DNA of 63,346 nucleotides, counting the filler, from Octopus bimaculoides (Eukaryota), in the NCBI RefSeq assembly GCF_001194135.2. It is 7 parts of 7 records of this genome, joined end to end, with 100 filler letters (N's around TTAATTAATTAA, not from the genome) between each part and the next. Parts side by side here need not be neighbours in the genome. Positions count along the whole stretch, not along the records: positions 8,801 to 29,830 come from NC_068984.1; 6 more parts are not named here. One strand, given 5' to 3'. The notes under the pieces are model-generated. The model ran no database searches and was not told the origin of the DNA. It was given only the letters and a program-made list of their open reading frames with translations. Below, one piece after another: positions 13,029 to 25,786 of this stretch (its first letter is position 1; each line of letters begins with the position of its first letter). Position numbers and translations under genes: made by a program.

Positions 13029-13202
13029 AAATACAAGATGGCCGTAACTGGTACGCTTTTGATGACAGGTTTGCTTGGTTTAACGCTGAATTGAGCCTGA
13101 AAAACAAAATTAACGACCCAGCCAATGAAGGAGCCTCAAAACCAATATTTTTCAGCGTCAAAGTCGCACTGGACTCCAGAGGCAGTTCATCATTTTTTAC
13201 AG
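13029..13202 (+). CDS. Candidate exon of an unidentified gene (frame uncertain)
   Basis: GC-enriched island in very AT-rich flanks; open frame EIQDGRNWYAFDDRFAWFNAELSLKNKINDPANEGASKPIFFSVKVALDSRGSSSFFT; strong donor CAG|GTATGT; weak acceptor. Confidence 0.35.
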
Positions 13203-14249
13203 GTATGTCGTGATGCAAATTTCAGATATTTATCTTTGATGAAAGTACAAAATATTTTCGAGTAATGATGCTGTTAATTATGACTACTTTTACTTCCGTT
13301 TGGGCTATAAATGTATTTGATAATCACTAAAAATATATTTACTGTTTAGATTTTTTAATCAAGAAGTTTGACTAGGAAATCGTAATTAAAAATTCATGAA
13401 ACTACGAACAATTATGAATAAAAAATGTAAGTGCGACGTTTTTTTGTTTATTGTTTTTAAGTGTTGAAATTATAATGTATGCATTATCTTTGTTATTTAT
13501 TCTTTACATGAAAGTAAAAGCCATTTTTAAAATTTAGATATTTACACGATGAAGACGGTGATAAATAATGAAAATGATTTTTATTGGAAAAGAAGTAGCT
13601 TTGGAGTAGAGACGGTGTGTCATCGATGAGGTGGCGAATGGCGAAGAAGAGATTTTGACAAATCAAGATGATTGATCGATTCACTAAACGATTAATCAAA
13701 TTAATTAAACAATCGATTAGTTAATTGGTTAAATGGCTAACCACTTGGCTAATAAAATTAAAGAAGTAAAATAGTCCTAGTGCATGTGTATCCCACTGTG
13801 AAGACAATATAGCAACCCTACTACGGTGCCCTTATCAATCCCAGAGTCGAAATTTGAATATTTGACAAAGAGAACTACTTCAAATTGCCTCATTGTAAAA
13901 ATAGTTTTTACTTTATATTTTATTTATGCTGGTTAATTATTCTGCACTAATTGTTTTACTCCATAACGTCAAAACATGAATACGAATGGGTTTTACATAT
14001 TACTATCGTATTACTATCATGTAAAGGTCAAACCACAGTATGTGATTGGTTGTCAAATATTAAATATCGAATCGTTTGAACAAAAGCTAAAACGGTATTT
14101 GAAGACGAAAAATAAAAAAATTATAGGAAAAAAAGTTTGCATTTGAAAAAAGAAATAAAAAGCAAAAAGTAAAACAATATCCATTGGGTGGTTTGAACAG
14201 TAGTAATATATTTCATTGGCTAAAAAGAAAAACAAACTAAAAGCTTACA

Positions 14250-15480
14250 TTTGTATTATACTATTCTTCTTAGTAGATAGAAAAATCAAAGAGTTTAATG
14301 CAGCAAGAGAAGACCAAGAACTTTTAATTTGGTTTATATTACATTTAGAGATGATTTTACTAAGAAGCTGCAATATAGTCTGTTGTTGTATTGCTGATAT
14401 TTCGAGAAATCTTAAAAAGCAACAGATTTCTGTAATAAAAGCAAGTGGAGTATTTAGTATTCAGCAAGATTAGTCGATTGTTCTGCATGAAGAGGTTCAA
14501 CTGATAGTTTATGTGTGAAACATGATGAAAAAGAAAAAAAAATGAAAGAGTGAGAGAGAGATATTATGCTAGATTGTTTCATTGTATGTAGGCACTGCTG
14601 GTGCACCTGAAATGCTCGTCAAGAGTCATGCAGAGAAGTGAATGAAATTGAGTTTCATATTAAAGTTTTCCACTTTTTTTTTACATAGAGAAAATCCCGC
14701 TTCAATAAGTTTATCTTTGCAACTGTGTGCTGATAATGAATGGCATCGTTCAGATTATAAACTTTTATAAAGTCAAAAATCTTTCAATATCAGAAATATG
14801 AACATTTACTACATTGCTCAGACATCAGTTGGTTTTCTTACGGAAAAGTTTTGTTGTGAGTTATATCGCTCGAAGTGAAGTAGAAATGTTTCTTTTTATC
14901 TGAAAGAAAAAAATATTTCTCTTGAATATGTTCTGATACCAAGTGGATAGTTCGGTTACCATGTCATTCTAGTATTTTTTCTTGAATTAGATGATTTAAA
15001 TATCCCTCTACAAAGCCGCGATCAAACAGTTATTGGTTTAATAGGGAACGTAAATGCTCTTCTTAAAGAAAAGCTGAAGCTGAAGTACTGTCTCTATATT
15101 TCAACAGAAAATGCCAGGAAATACAACCGTGTGCTACTGCCATTTTGTCAAGATATTAACGATTTGCATGGGGATTCTTCTAACATTAATGAATTTCAAG
15201 AACAGTTTATTGAAGTTCAAAATGATGCGACAGTTATAATTTCAATAAAAAATCCTCTAATTCATCTATGCATTCTATTAGAGTGTAGAAAAAAAAAACC
15301 TCATTTGGTGGAAATGAAGCATTGAAGAAGCATTCTTCCCTTTAACCTATCAGTGAGAATCGGGGTTTTCAACACTAACAAATTAAATCCTAGCTGAGGG
15401 ATAGATTGCAACCCGAGAATGAAATCAAGCCTGGATAAACCTTCTAAGCTTGTCAAAAGTCATCATTCTCATTAAACTGT
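14250..15480 (+). mobile_element. Highly decayed hAT (Charlie/Buster-like) transposase
   Basis: CIADISRNLKKQQISVIKASGVFSIQQD* (cf. FSIQLDESTD); EHLLHCSDISWFSYGKVF (cf. HTEVRWLSRGKVL); ESGFSTL dimerisation-domain remnant. Confidence 0.75.
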
Positions 15481-16487
15481 ATAAATGTGCATATAGTTTC
15501 ATTATAAAGAAAGTAAAGAGTTTTGGAACTTATATGGCGGGAGTGTACAGAGCATGAGTAGTAAACGTAACTTTCTAAGTTATGAACACGGCTATTTACT
15601 AATTAGATTTCGTCGTAAGACTATCATTGTAAAACGTTTTAAAATTTCGCCGTGTCTTCGCAATGGTGAACATAATTTTAAAGCAAAAATTGAAGCTATT
15701 AAATGGTGCAGTGATAGGCCATACAACTATTATTGAAGTACACAAGACTTCAATAATTTTTGTGACGTTAATCAACATCTATTTTCATAAAATAAATAGT
15801 CTCGAAAAATAAATTTAGGAAATCACCATAATTGTAAAATTAATTAACTATTCTCAGTTGCAGATTCAGTTTTGATGCAATAAAATTCATTTTCAATGTT
15901 TGATAAGGTTACGGAGAAAATCGGGCGAAATTATTCGCCATTTTCCTATTTTATAGTACGAAATCAGCATTTCATTGTTAATTAAATATTAAATCACTTC
16001 ACTTTATTTACTTTTATATTAAATATACTAGAAAAAGAAAAAAACACGGTGAATAGAATGAATTCAATTCATTAGTTTTATCATGAAATGAGTTTTGGCT
16101 GCCATCTTAAAATCATAACCTACTTTCAGCCATTATTCGAAACGGTTAAGAATTTCTGCTCCACACAGGAAATAGCAACCAAGCTTCTCTCAGATTATGC
16201 CTTACTCTATTGAAAAAGAAAGGTCATTGAATAATTATAGTCCAAGGTACATTGTATATGAAATAAAAAGACGGAACGGCCACGGCTGTAATATAACCTG
16301 AAATGATAGCTCTGCTTCAGTAGGGTTGTCTAAACTACAACACTAATTGACAGATAAGTCTGCTCAAACAGAGCTGACATAAGGGATTCAATGTAAACAT
16401 AACGATGTATACAATTATGATCTTTCAGACCAATAGTCTTAAGTTTAGATGTGAATGTTTTTTTGTTTTTTTTCATGTTTATATCTA

Positions 16488-16970
16488 CACTAAGGCGGCG
16501 ACTTACCCGCTTCCCCGAAATTGCTGGCCCTGCGACAAAATTTGAAACCAATTTTTATATTTATACTAAGGCGGCGAGCCAGCTGAACCGTTAGCACACC
16601 GGGAAAGATGCTTAGCAGTATTTTATCTGTTGTTACTTTCTGAGTTTAAATTCAGTCAAGGTTGAGTTTACCTTTCATCGTTTCGGAGTAGAAAAAATAA
16701 GTACCAGTTGAGCACTGGGGGTCGATGTAATCGACTTACCCCTTCCCCTAAATTTCTGGTCTTGAGCCGAAATTTAGATCCACTAATGTGGCAAGCAGGT
16801 GGAATCGTTAGCGCGGGGCACAAATGCTTAGCATTTAGTCTGTCTTTATGTTCTGAGTTCAAATTCCGCTGAGATTGAGTTTGCCTTTTATTATCCATCC
16901 GAGATCGATAAATATGAACCCTTTCTCTTAAAATTTCTGGCCTCGTGCCAAAATTTGAAAGCAATGTTTA
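16488..16970 (+). mobile_element. Three tandem co-oriented family-1 SINEs; the first is a roughly 70-nt head-tail fusion
   Basis: AAGGCGGCGA joined directly to CTTACCCGCTTCCCCGAAATT...TTTGAAACCAAT, followed by two fuller copies. Confidence 0.8.
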
Positions 16971-17298
16971 TCTACTCTACGCTTCGATTGGTTTTAGCTT
17001 CCGATAGTCATCTTTATTCCTAGAAGTGCTTACGGAGATCAAACTGATCTAAACGTATATATTAAACCATTCTCACTTCTAAAGATGAAGCTGATAGTCT
17101 GAAAACTTATTAACGGGAATAAATCTCAGATATTTTGATATTTAATCATAATATTGTATGTTATGATTTAGTATCAGAAATATACAATGTGTTTCTTTTT
17201 AACTAGTCACAAAGAACTGCTTTTATCGTTTTTGCTTAATTCTAAGTGAGCCCTAGCAGCCCCATTTTTTCAAAGTATGTGTCCTTTCCTTATATTAG

Positions 17299-17375
17299 AC
17301 GGCAGAAGCTTGGAATATGGAAGCAGCAACGGACAATATGGAAGTTGTAGAGATAGTTGCGGAGACTACAGATAA
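17299..17375 (+). CDS. Candidate terminal exon (phase 1 reading D-GRSLEYGSSNGQYGSCRDSCGDYR*)
   Basis: Acceptor CCTTTCCTTATATTAG; AATAAA at 17412-17417; phase-compatible with 13029-13202; frame 0 is also open. Confidence 0.25.
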
Positions 17376-18289
17376 TACGACGACAGTACATTAAATAACA
17401 AAAAATATATAAATAAAAGACGTTATAAATCAAAGGGATTTACCAACAGAGAATAACAAAAGGATTTCTTTTTATGCTTGTGTAAAATTATAAGTTTCTA
17501 TGCCGTTGAGAGAAGAAAGTTCTGGCATTTCTGGTGAAAACTTTTGTTGGAGAAGGAAAAATTGTGTCTTTCGACTTGCCGAAGTAGTCTTTCACTTGTT
17601 TCAGTCGTTGGACATGCTGGAGCATCGTGGTGAAGGATGTAGTTGATCAACTTGACCTGAGTACTTATTGTTTATTTTAAGTCTGTTACTTATTGTATCG
17701 GGCTTTTTTGCCGAAGTGCTAAGTTACGGGGACGTAAAAAAACCGAAAATCAGTTGTCATGCGATAGAGGAACAAAGACTCGTACACACACATATACATA
17801 CACTACGGGCTTCCACATAGTTTCCTTCTACCAAATTTGCTTAGAGGCATTGGTCGGTCCCCAGATATAGTAGAAGACATTTACCTAAGGTGCCGCGCAG
17901 TGGAATTAAATTCGAAATCACGTGGTAGTGAACTGAACTTCTCAGTCACACAGCCATGCTTGCACCTGGACACAATTCTCTTCCCTTCGACAAACGAGCT
18001 GATCCGAAATTTCAGAATTTTCATCTCTCAACCGCATACCAACTTAGAAATTATTTCACAAACAAAAAATATGTGTCTGCTAGTGCAAACCACCACTGTT
18101 TTCTTTGGATTGTTTTATTCTTTTTGTTTCCTTTCTTCTCACATTCTTTTCTACTCAGCAAGCAGGCTCAGAATTGGGGTGAATTTCGAAAATCCGAAAT
18201 ACTTAACAGTTCTGGTTTAGAAGCCAAATCAAAAGGATTTGCAACCATTGAAACAAAAGCAAAGTTTACCTAAATGACACTATCAATAA

Positions 18290-18795
18290 ATATTGATTTC
18301 AAATTTTGGCACACGACCAGCAATTTCGGGGGAGGGAGATGAGTCAATTACGTCGACCCCAGTAAACAACTGGTACTTATTTTATAGAACCCGAAATGGA
18401 TGGAANNNNNNNNNNGCAACTGGTACTTAATTTATCAACCCCCAAAAAGGTGAAAGGCAAAATCGACCTCGGCGGCACTTGAACTCAGAACGTAAAGACA
18501 GAGAAATGCTGCAAAGCATTTTGCCCGGCGTGCTAATGATTCTGCCAACTCACCGCCTTACTATCAATAAAATATTCTTTTCTAATCTAGGCACAAGGCC
18601 CGAAATTTGGGTGGGGGGAGGGGGCTAGTCGATTAGATCGACTCCAGTACGCAACTGGTACTTAATTTATCAACCCCCAAAAAGGTGAAAGGCAAAATCG
18701 ACCTCGGCGGCACTTGAACTCAGAACGTAAAGACAGAGAAATGCTGCAAAGCATTTTGCCCGGCGTGCTAATGATTCTGCTAGCTCGCCGCTTTA
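18290..18795 (-). mobile_element. Tandem family-1 SINE copies around a 10-N gap
   Basis: SINE consensus; 18416-18545 is identical to 18650-18780. Confidence 0.8.
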
Positions 18796-19465
18796 CTATC
18801 AATAAAATATTGCTACTCAAATGAGAACTGGTTATGTACAGTGTGTACTGAGAAATAATTGACGTTTATATGGAAAGCCATCCAGTTTGGCCAAGTCAGA
18901 ATACGTGCACAAACAAGTACAACCGTTTTTATATCTACTGAACAGTAGATGAATATTGGTTTCAAGTTTTGGCAGAAGGGTAAATCAATTTAATCCACCT
19001 CAGTGCTCAACTGATACCTAATTTATCGACCCCGAATGGATGAAAGGCAAAGCCAACCTTGGCGGAATTTGAACTCAGAACGTAAAGGGGGATGAAATGC
19101 TGCTAAGCATTTTGTCGGCGTGCCAACGAGTCTGCCTGCTGGTCGCCTTTCAGTAGGTAAATATTGCCAAACTAATATAGGTAACAAACAAGTTAGGACG
19201 ATCCAGTGAGGTGATGAAGCTTTTCGTGCTTTCTACATCTACTGGAAATAGCAACAAAATAAATCTACTTTAAATCACACTCTATTTTATCTATTTTTTT
19301 TGTGTCTGCTATTCTTTAAACTGTGGTCATGCTGGAACACTGCCTTAAAGGGTTTAGTTGAGAAAAAGCTTTTTTAAAGTCTTGTACTAATTCTATTTTT
19401 CTCTTTTGCCGAACCGCTAAATACGGGGGCATAAACAAATCAACACTTATTATCAAGCAGTGGCC

Positions 19466-19508
<43 letters not shown>

Positions 19509-19815
19509 TTGTGTGGGTGGGGAGTGACACCAAATATGAGAGGGCTAAATATCGATTTAAGATCTGATCTGGTCGTACATATCTACATTTTCAACTGTCC
19601 ACCTCTACGGGCTTAGGCGCAACTGTATGACGGATGAGTTCACCCCGTGGACGGCTAACGGAAGCGCCCTTACTGCAAGTCAGAATTTCCTTTGAGCATA
19701 AGTCTGATTCATCAGGTCTAACCATCAAGCAACAATAAATTCGAACGGACAACAAACAGCATGATCATTCACGGAAAACTGCCCCTGAAACTAATCAAGT
19801 CATAAAAATGTAAAC

Positions 19816-20050
19816 CAGTGGTCCTCAACTGGGGTCTATATAACTCTTAGGGATCCATATAAGATTTTGTTGTTAAAGTTTATGAGCAATACGGAAAATA
19901 TTTTAACAAAATATTTTAACAATTTCTATACAATCCCAAATAATATCTCATTATACAAACAGAATAAAATTATTTTCAACATGGCGGTCCGTCAGAATAA
20001 AATTAGAATCAAAGGAGTCCATAGGGGAAAAAAATGGTTGAGAACCACTG
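19816..20050 (+). mobile_element. hAT MITE
   Basis: TIRs CAGTGGTCCTCAAC / GTTGAGAACCACTG; degenerate 8-bp TSD ATGTAAAC / CTTTAAAC. Confidence 0.8.
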
Positions 20051-20604
20051 CTTTAAACAAACTAACAGGGAAATTGATACAAACCACCAGATCATTACCG
20101 TTTTTAGACATTACTTGGGAAAATATTCTTCTCTACTCTAGGCACAAGGTTTCTGCTAGCTCGCTGCCTTTTATTATATTAATCTTTCCTACTCTACGCA
20201 CAAGGCCCAAAATTTTTGGGGAGAGGGCCAATCAAATAGATCGATCTCAGTACGCAACTGGTACTTAATTTAACGACCTCGAAAAGATGAAAGGCAAAGT
20301 CGACCTCGGCGGAATTTGAACTCAGAAAATAAAGAAAGACGAAATTCCGCTAAGCATTTCACCCGGCGTGCTAACGTTTCTGTCACCTCGTCGCCTTATT
20401 TCTTGGGAAAACATTGAGAAATAATGAAAATACAAATACTTTGAAACAAAAGTAAAAGTTTATGCGAAGGCTGATGGTAGCAATTAATCTCTTAATAAGC
20501 GAAGCTTTAGGAATGAAAGAAACTAGAAAAGATTTTTAGTTACTGAACGTTGGTAGAACCATGAATTAACCAGTCCCTTAAAATTTAATCATCTTCATCT
20601 ACAC

Positions 20605-20917
20605 CAGAGGTTCTCAACTATTCTTTACCTATGGATCCCTGTGATTACTATTTTATTCTGGTGGACTCCCACAGCCATTCGATGTTTAAAAACTAGTTTT
20701 ACAAATTGCTATTTTGTTTTTCACACATTGACTTGTGTAGGTTGAACTATGCAAAATGTTAGAGAAAGAAAGCAAGAAGTTTCTTACATACCAATAAATA
20801 CATCTAAAGCAAAAAAAATTTTAGGATCTCTTAGAATATCGTGGGTCTCCAATTTACTGTTTTGTTGTGTGAACCCCTCTCCTAAAATCTTATATGGACC
20901 CCTGTTGATAGCCACTG
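20605..20917 (-). mobile_element. hAT MITE related to 19816-20050, inverted orientation
   Basis: Ends CAGAGGTTCTCAAC / GTTGATAGCCACTG; perfect 8-bp TSD ATCTACAC on both sides. Confidence 0.85.
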
Positions 20918-21033
20918 ATCTACACAATGAACACCACCATTAAGGAAACAAGAAGAATAACCAATTTTACTCCTTTTCTAGTTTTTTTTTNNNNNNNNNN
21001 NNNNNNNNNNNNNNNNNNNNNNNNNNNNNNNNN

Positions 21034-21066
<33 letters not shown>

Positions 21067-21290
21067 ATGTATCTCTTCGCTTGGGCGACTGCTGCCTAGT
21101 TATTTATTTACCCGGATATGTGTATATCTACTTGTCTATCTATATGCCTGTCTACCGATTTAATTGTTTGCCCGGATGTAGCTGTATCTTTTCATGTATT
21201 TCCGCGAAAGTGTACTTATTTCTACGTTTTTCCTGCACGTATATCTGCACATGTTTATCTCCAAGTACACGTACATACACGCACTCATAA

Positions 21291-22190
21291 TAGCAGGGGT
21301 ACCCCGCATCGCTTGGGTACCGATTATTTAGAAACTTTTATTTTTGTTAAACCTTTATAACTTAGAGTAAGTTTTTATGTAGTGGCTTTTATACATAATT
21401 ATTGTTGAAAGTATTTTTACTTTAATGCAGATACATGTCTAAAGTTTCCGATTTCTTTATTGCCCACAAGGGGCTACACACAGAGGGGACAAACAAGGAC
21501 AGACAAAGGGACTAAGTCGATTACATAGACCCCAGTTCGTAACTGGTACTTAATTTATCGACCCCGAAAGGATGAAAGGCAAAGTCGACCTCGGCGGAAT
21601 TTGAACTCAGAACGTAACGGCAGACGAAATACCATTAAGCGTTTCGCCCGGCGTGCTAACGGTTCTGCCAGCTCGCCGCCTTACATGTCTAAAGTTTCCG
21701 ATTTTCTATACTTGCAGTTTTAAAGGCTGTGTTTATCGGTTGTTTTAATTTTGTGACTTGAGAAAAAGACGCTATCTGTATTTGTTATTCTAAATTCATT
21801 GCAGCATTTGAAACAGAAATGTTTTATTTAGCAAGAGCTCTGGAGTAGACAACGTTTCTTATTCTGTGGTTTAGTGCTCTGGGGAAAAGTGGCCTGGTTG
21901 AACAAACATATAAGCATGATTTATACAACTGACCATGAGAGTAACATAGAACTGTTTGTTCAACTCTGGCAATCTTAGAGACTGTCTTTGCGGCATGTTG
22001 ATGGCTGTAGAAGTAAAAGGGAATGGAAACTGAAGACGCTTTACTTGGAAAAAATATCGGATGTGATGCAGAAATATGTAAAATGAAAACAGCTTTTCCT
22101 TTGGCACAACTAATCATAATGGTGGCTTCAACCGCTGAGGTATAAGAATTTTAATTGTTACTTTTGTAAATGGTGGTCATATTGCTCCAG
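21291..22190 (-). mobile_element. Helitron 3' end with decayed PIF1-helicase C-terminus
   Basis: VEATIMISCAKGKAVFI..VKRLQFP..INMPQRQSL..CYSHGQLY..RNVVYSRAL*; terminal hairpin GGTACCC..GGGTACC followed by CCTGCTA(T), a CTAG variant, at 21291-21321. Confidence 0.8.
21453..21683 (-). mobile_element. Full-length young family-1 SINE inserted in the Helitron 3' region
   Basis: Complete head AAGGCGGCGAGCTGGCAGAA to tail; TSD of about 23 bp TACATGTCTAAAGTTTCCGATTT. Confidence 0.92.
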
Positions 22191-22825
22191 TTGTTACATA
22201 TCAAAGTTGGTTGCCTTAGGAATCTCTTGACTGAGAGATAGAGCTTTAGTAAATGTTAGTACTGGCAATCGACTCTGTTCAAGATCTTTATCAGCCACGG
22301 ACTGTACAATATTTTCAATGGGGGACAGTTCTTGGTTGTACAATCATGGTATTGATGTTTTTTCACATGTACTTAATTCTGTCAAGCTGTTCTTGTTGAT
22401 TATGCCAGAATTACTGAGGGCTGGACGGCGAACAGGCTCATAAAATGATAGCAAAGTGGTTCTTCATCTTACTTAGAATATGCTGGACTGCAACTACTTC
22501 TAAGGTATTGCTCATTATTTTCTAAAAGAACTCTTCTGTGGAAAGTTTTGCGGGATGTTACACAAAGAATCAAACAACTGTCTTGAGGTTGATCCAATGA
22601 AGTTGGACCATGAATATTGTGCGAGAGTTTTAAATATTTTATTAACATTCCTCGTTTAAAAAGCAGTTTCAAATGCCATAAAAGATTTAAAGTAATTTAT
22701 TCTTTGATTGTTTCACATTTAAATACAAATATATTAACATGTATATATTGATATCTAAGTGCTCTATCATTATTTATAACAATATCGGAAGACAATTAGA
22801 TTTCCTACAAAATATATAAAGAATG

Positions 22826-23040
22826 TAGCGAGCTGGCAGAATCGTCAGCACGCCAGGCAAAATGCTTAGCGACATTTCATCTGCCGTTATGTTCTGAGTT
22901 CAAATTCCGCCGAGGTCGACTTTGCCTTTCATCTTTTCGGGGTCGATAAAATAAGTATCAGTTGAACACTGGGGTCGATGTATTCGACTTACCCGCTCCC
23001 CTGAAAGTGTTGGCCTTGTGCCAAAAATTTGAAACCAATA
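22826..23040 (+). mobile_element. Family-1 SINE (further copies at about 4316-4470, 9860-9997, 18955-19150, 20180-20397, 38640-38790, 41309-41525, 52245-52416, 55555-55728)
   Basis: Consensus head, B-box-like GAGTTCAAATTCC and core. Confidence 0.85.
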
Positions 23041-24013
23041 TGTAAAGACAACGTACGCTGAAAGCTGTTGTTATTAGAATTCTTCATTAAAAAAAAAATC
23101 ATACTTTCAGTAGGCTAGCGGTTTCAAATATCGTGGAAGCTGCAGCAATTTTTCCTTTCACTTGTTTCATGTTTAGATATGTCTACAGGTCTAAAATATT
23201 CAGATATTATGCTTGTGCTCCGTGAATCGGCTCCTTAATTGTTATAAATGTNNNNNNNNNNNNNNNNNNNNNNNNNNNNNNNNNNNNNNNNNNNNNNNNN
23301 NNNNNNNNNNNNNNNNNNNNNNNNNNNNNNNNNNNNNNNNNNNNNNNNNNNNNNNNNNNNNNNNNNNNNNNNNNNNNNNNNNNNNNNNNNNNNNNNNNNN
23401 NNNNNNNNNNNNNNNNNNNNNNNNNNNNNNNNNNNNNNNNNNNNNNNNNNNNNNNNNNNNNNNNNNNNNNNNNNNNNNNNNNNNNNNNNNNNNNNNNNNN
23501 NNNNNNNNNNNNNNNNNNNNNNNTATATATATGTGTGTGAGAGAGAGATTAACGAGAGACTGAAGGAAAAAGAAAACTAGAGTTCGACTCGACCATGTGA
23601 CGATATTTCTGTACCTACACTAACATTCCGACACCATTACAACTCTCAGTTTCTCAACATTCATTTCTTTGACACATTCTTGTTTTATTCCCAAAGGAGA
23701 CCTCGAATATGGGGAATTACTATTCGTGCATTATTCTGAGTTGCTTCTGAATCTTCTAGCAAAACTTGACGCAAATTTGTTATTTCAACACAAAAAGACA
23801 AACATCGACGCGTTCGGATATAAATGAATGCTGACCTGGATTAATACCAATTTACCAGTCTCGTATGTATATCTATATAATTGTTTAGCTGTCTGTGTGT
23901 CTCTTTCTGTATTTGTTTATTCACGTCTGTTTATTAATATGTCTCTTTAAATGCATATGATATATATATGTTTGTATATGTGTGTGTTCATCTGCACCGC
24001 GTATTTAAATATA

Positions 24014-24567
24014 CAGGGGTTGGACAAAATAATGGAAACACTTTAAAATTTCAAACAAATTTATTTTAATATGGGGTAGGACTGCCTTTGGCAGTAATTA
24101 CAGCTTGAATTCTACGAGGTATGAACTCGTACAAAGTTTGAATTGTTTCCAAAGGAATTTTTGTCCATTCTTCAGCTAAAACAGTCTCCAGTTCTTGTAA
24201 TGATAATGGTGGAAGATATCGACTCCTAACTTGTTTTTCTAAAATGCACCATAAATGTTCAGTAATATTGATATCTGGGGACTGTGGTGGCCAGATAAGA
24301 TGTTCAACTTCACTAGAATGTTCCTCGTGCCATTCAGTAACAACTTTAGCTGTGTGAATTGGTGCATTATTATCCTGAAAGATTGCGTTTCCCTCCGGAA
24401 ACAGTTCCGCAACCATAGGATGAATTTGATCAGATAAAATGCTTAAATAGACTTGACTTAATTCTGCCATGAAGGGAAACCATTGGGCCGGCGGATTTCC
24501 AAGATATAGGCCCCCACCCCCAGATCATCATAGGTCCTCCCCCATGTTTAACAGTTGGAGGAAGGCA
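24014..24567 (-). mobile_element. Tc1-family (DD34E) transposon, right part; runs into a gap
   Basis: TA + TIR CAGGGGTTGGACAAAATAATGGAAACAC; transposase IFQDNNAPIH (catalytic D to N)...WPPQSPDINITEHLW; upstream TVKHGGG frameshifted. Confidence 0.92.
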
Positions 24568-25028
24568 NNNNNNNNNNNNNNNNNNNNNNNNNNNNNNNNN
24601 NNNNNNNNNNNNNNNNNNNNNNNNNNNNNNNNNNNNNNNNNNNNNNNNNNNNNNNNNNNNNNNNNNNNNNNNNNNNNNNNNNNNNNNNNNNNNNNNNNNN
24701 NNNNNNNNNNNNNNNNNNNNNNNNNNNNNNNNNNNNNNNNNNNNNNNNNNNNNNNNNNNNNNNNNNNNNNNNNNNNNNNNNNNNNNNNNNNNNNNNNNNN
24801 NNNNNNNNNNNNNNNNNNNNNNNNNNNNNNNNNNNNNNNNNNNNNNNNNNNNNNNNNNNNNNNNNNNNNNNNNNNNNNNNNNNNNNNNNNNNNNNNNNNN
24901 NNNNNNNNNNNNNNNNNNNNNNNNNNNNNNNNNNNNNNNNNNNNNNNNNNNNNNNNNNNNNNNNNNNNNNNNNNNNNNNNNNNNNNNNNNNNNNNNNNNN
25001 NNNNNNAGTTTTTAATATTTATTTAAAG

Positions 25029-25182
25029 CCAAAACAATGCAAGTTATAAGAAATTGAAATTACAGGTGGATGGATTGACTGGTATTTCAATGTTAGGATC
25101 CCTTCTTCAGAAAATTTACATAGAAAAAGTGTCAATAGTTGATTTCTCTGCAATACCAACTTTTCTTCGTAAATTTCCTGAG
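25029..25182 (+). CDS. Candidate internal exon, unidentified protein
   Basis: T-rich acceptor TTATTTAAAG and donor GAG|GTGGGT; 51 open codons QNNASYKKLKLQVDGLTGISMLGSLLQKIYIEKVSIVDFSAIPTFLRKFPE; an alternative acceptor at 25066 is in the same frame. Confidence 0.35.
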
Positions 25183-25740
25183 GTGGGTTTCAACCCTTAA
25201 ATATTGAATACTAGCTAATAATACAAACTACCGACATGTATTATTAATATTTATAACTTGCATTGTTTTGGTTAAAAAGAAAAATATTTAAAACATCCAC
25301 ATAAATCATGAAAACAATAAAATATATATATTATTACACGCGCGAGCGCTAGGCTACCGGCTTGTGTGAATATCTGTAGATCAGTTTACCTGCATTTGTG
25401 ACTATTTAAATATCTATTTATCTGCTTCTGCATCTGTTTAAATATCTTTTTACCTGTATATGCCTATATCTTTGTCTGCTTATCTGAATAGGTATCCACC
25501 TATTTTTTTCTCATTATCTGAATCAAGCTATTTATCTGTTTTCCTGGATGTGTACATATCTATATTTTTCATTTACTTAGATGTGATATCTATATATCCG
25601 TTTATCTCGATAGATTCACTTGCATGTGTATTTATCCGTTTATACGTTGACTTGGATGTGTATTTGTCTAAATCTTTGTTTACCTGGATGCATATCCTAT
25701 ATGTTTACCTACTTTGATATCTTTGCATGTCTGTTGAATA

Positions 25741-25786
<46 letters not shown>

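Noticed and set aside
16203-16297. Minus-strand segment with good acceptor and GTAAGG donor
   Set aside because: Stops in all three frames; at most a non-coding exon, with no supporting evidence.
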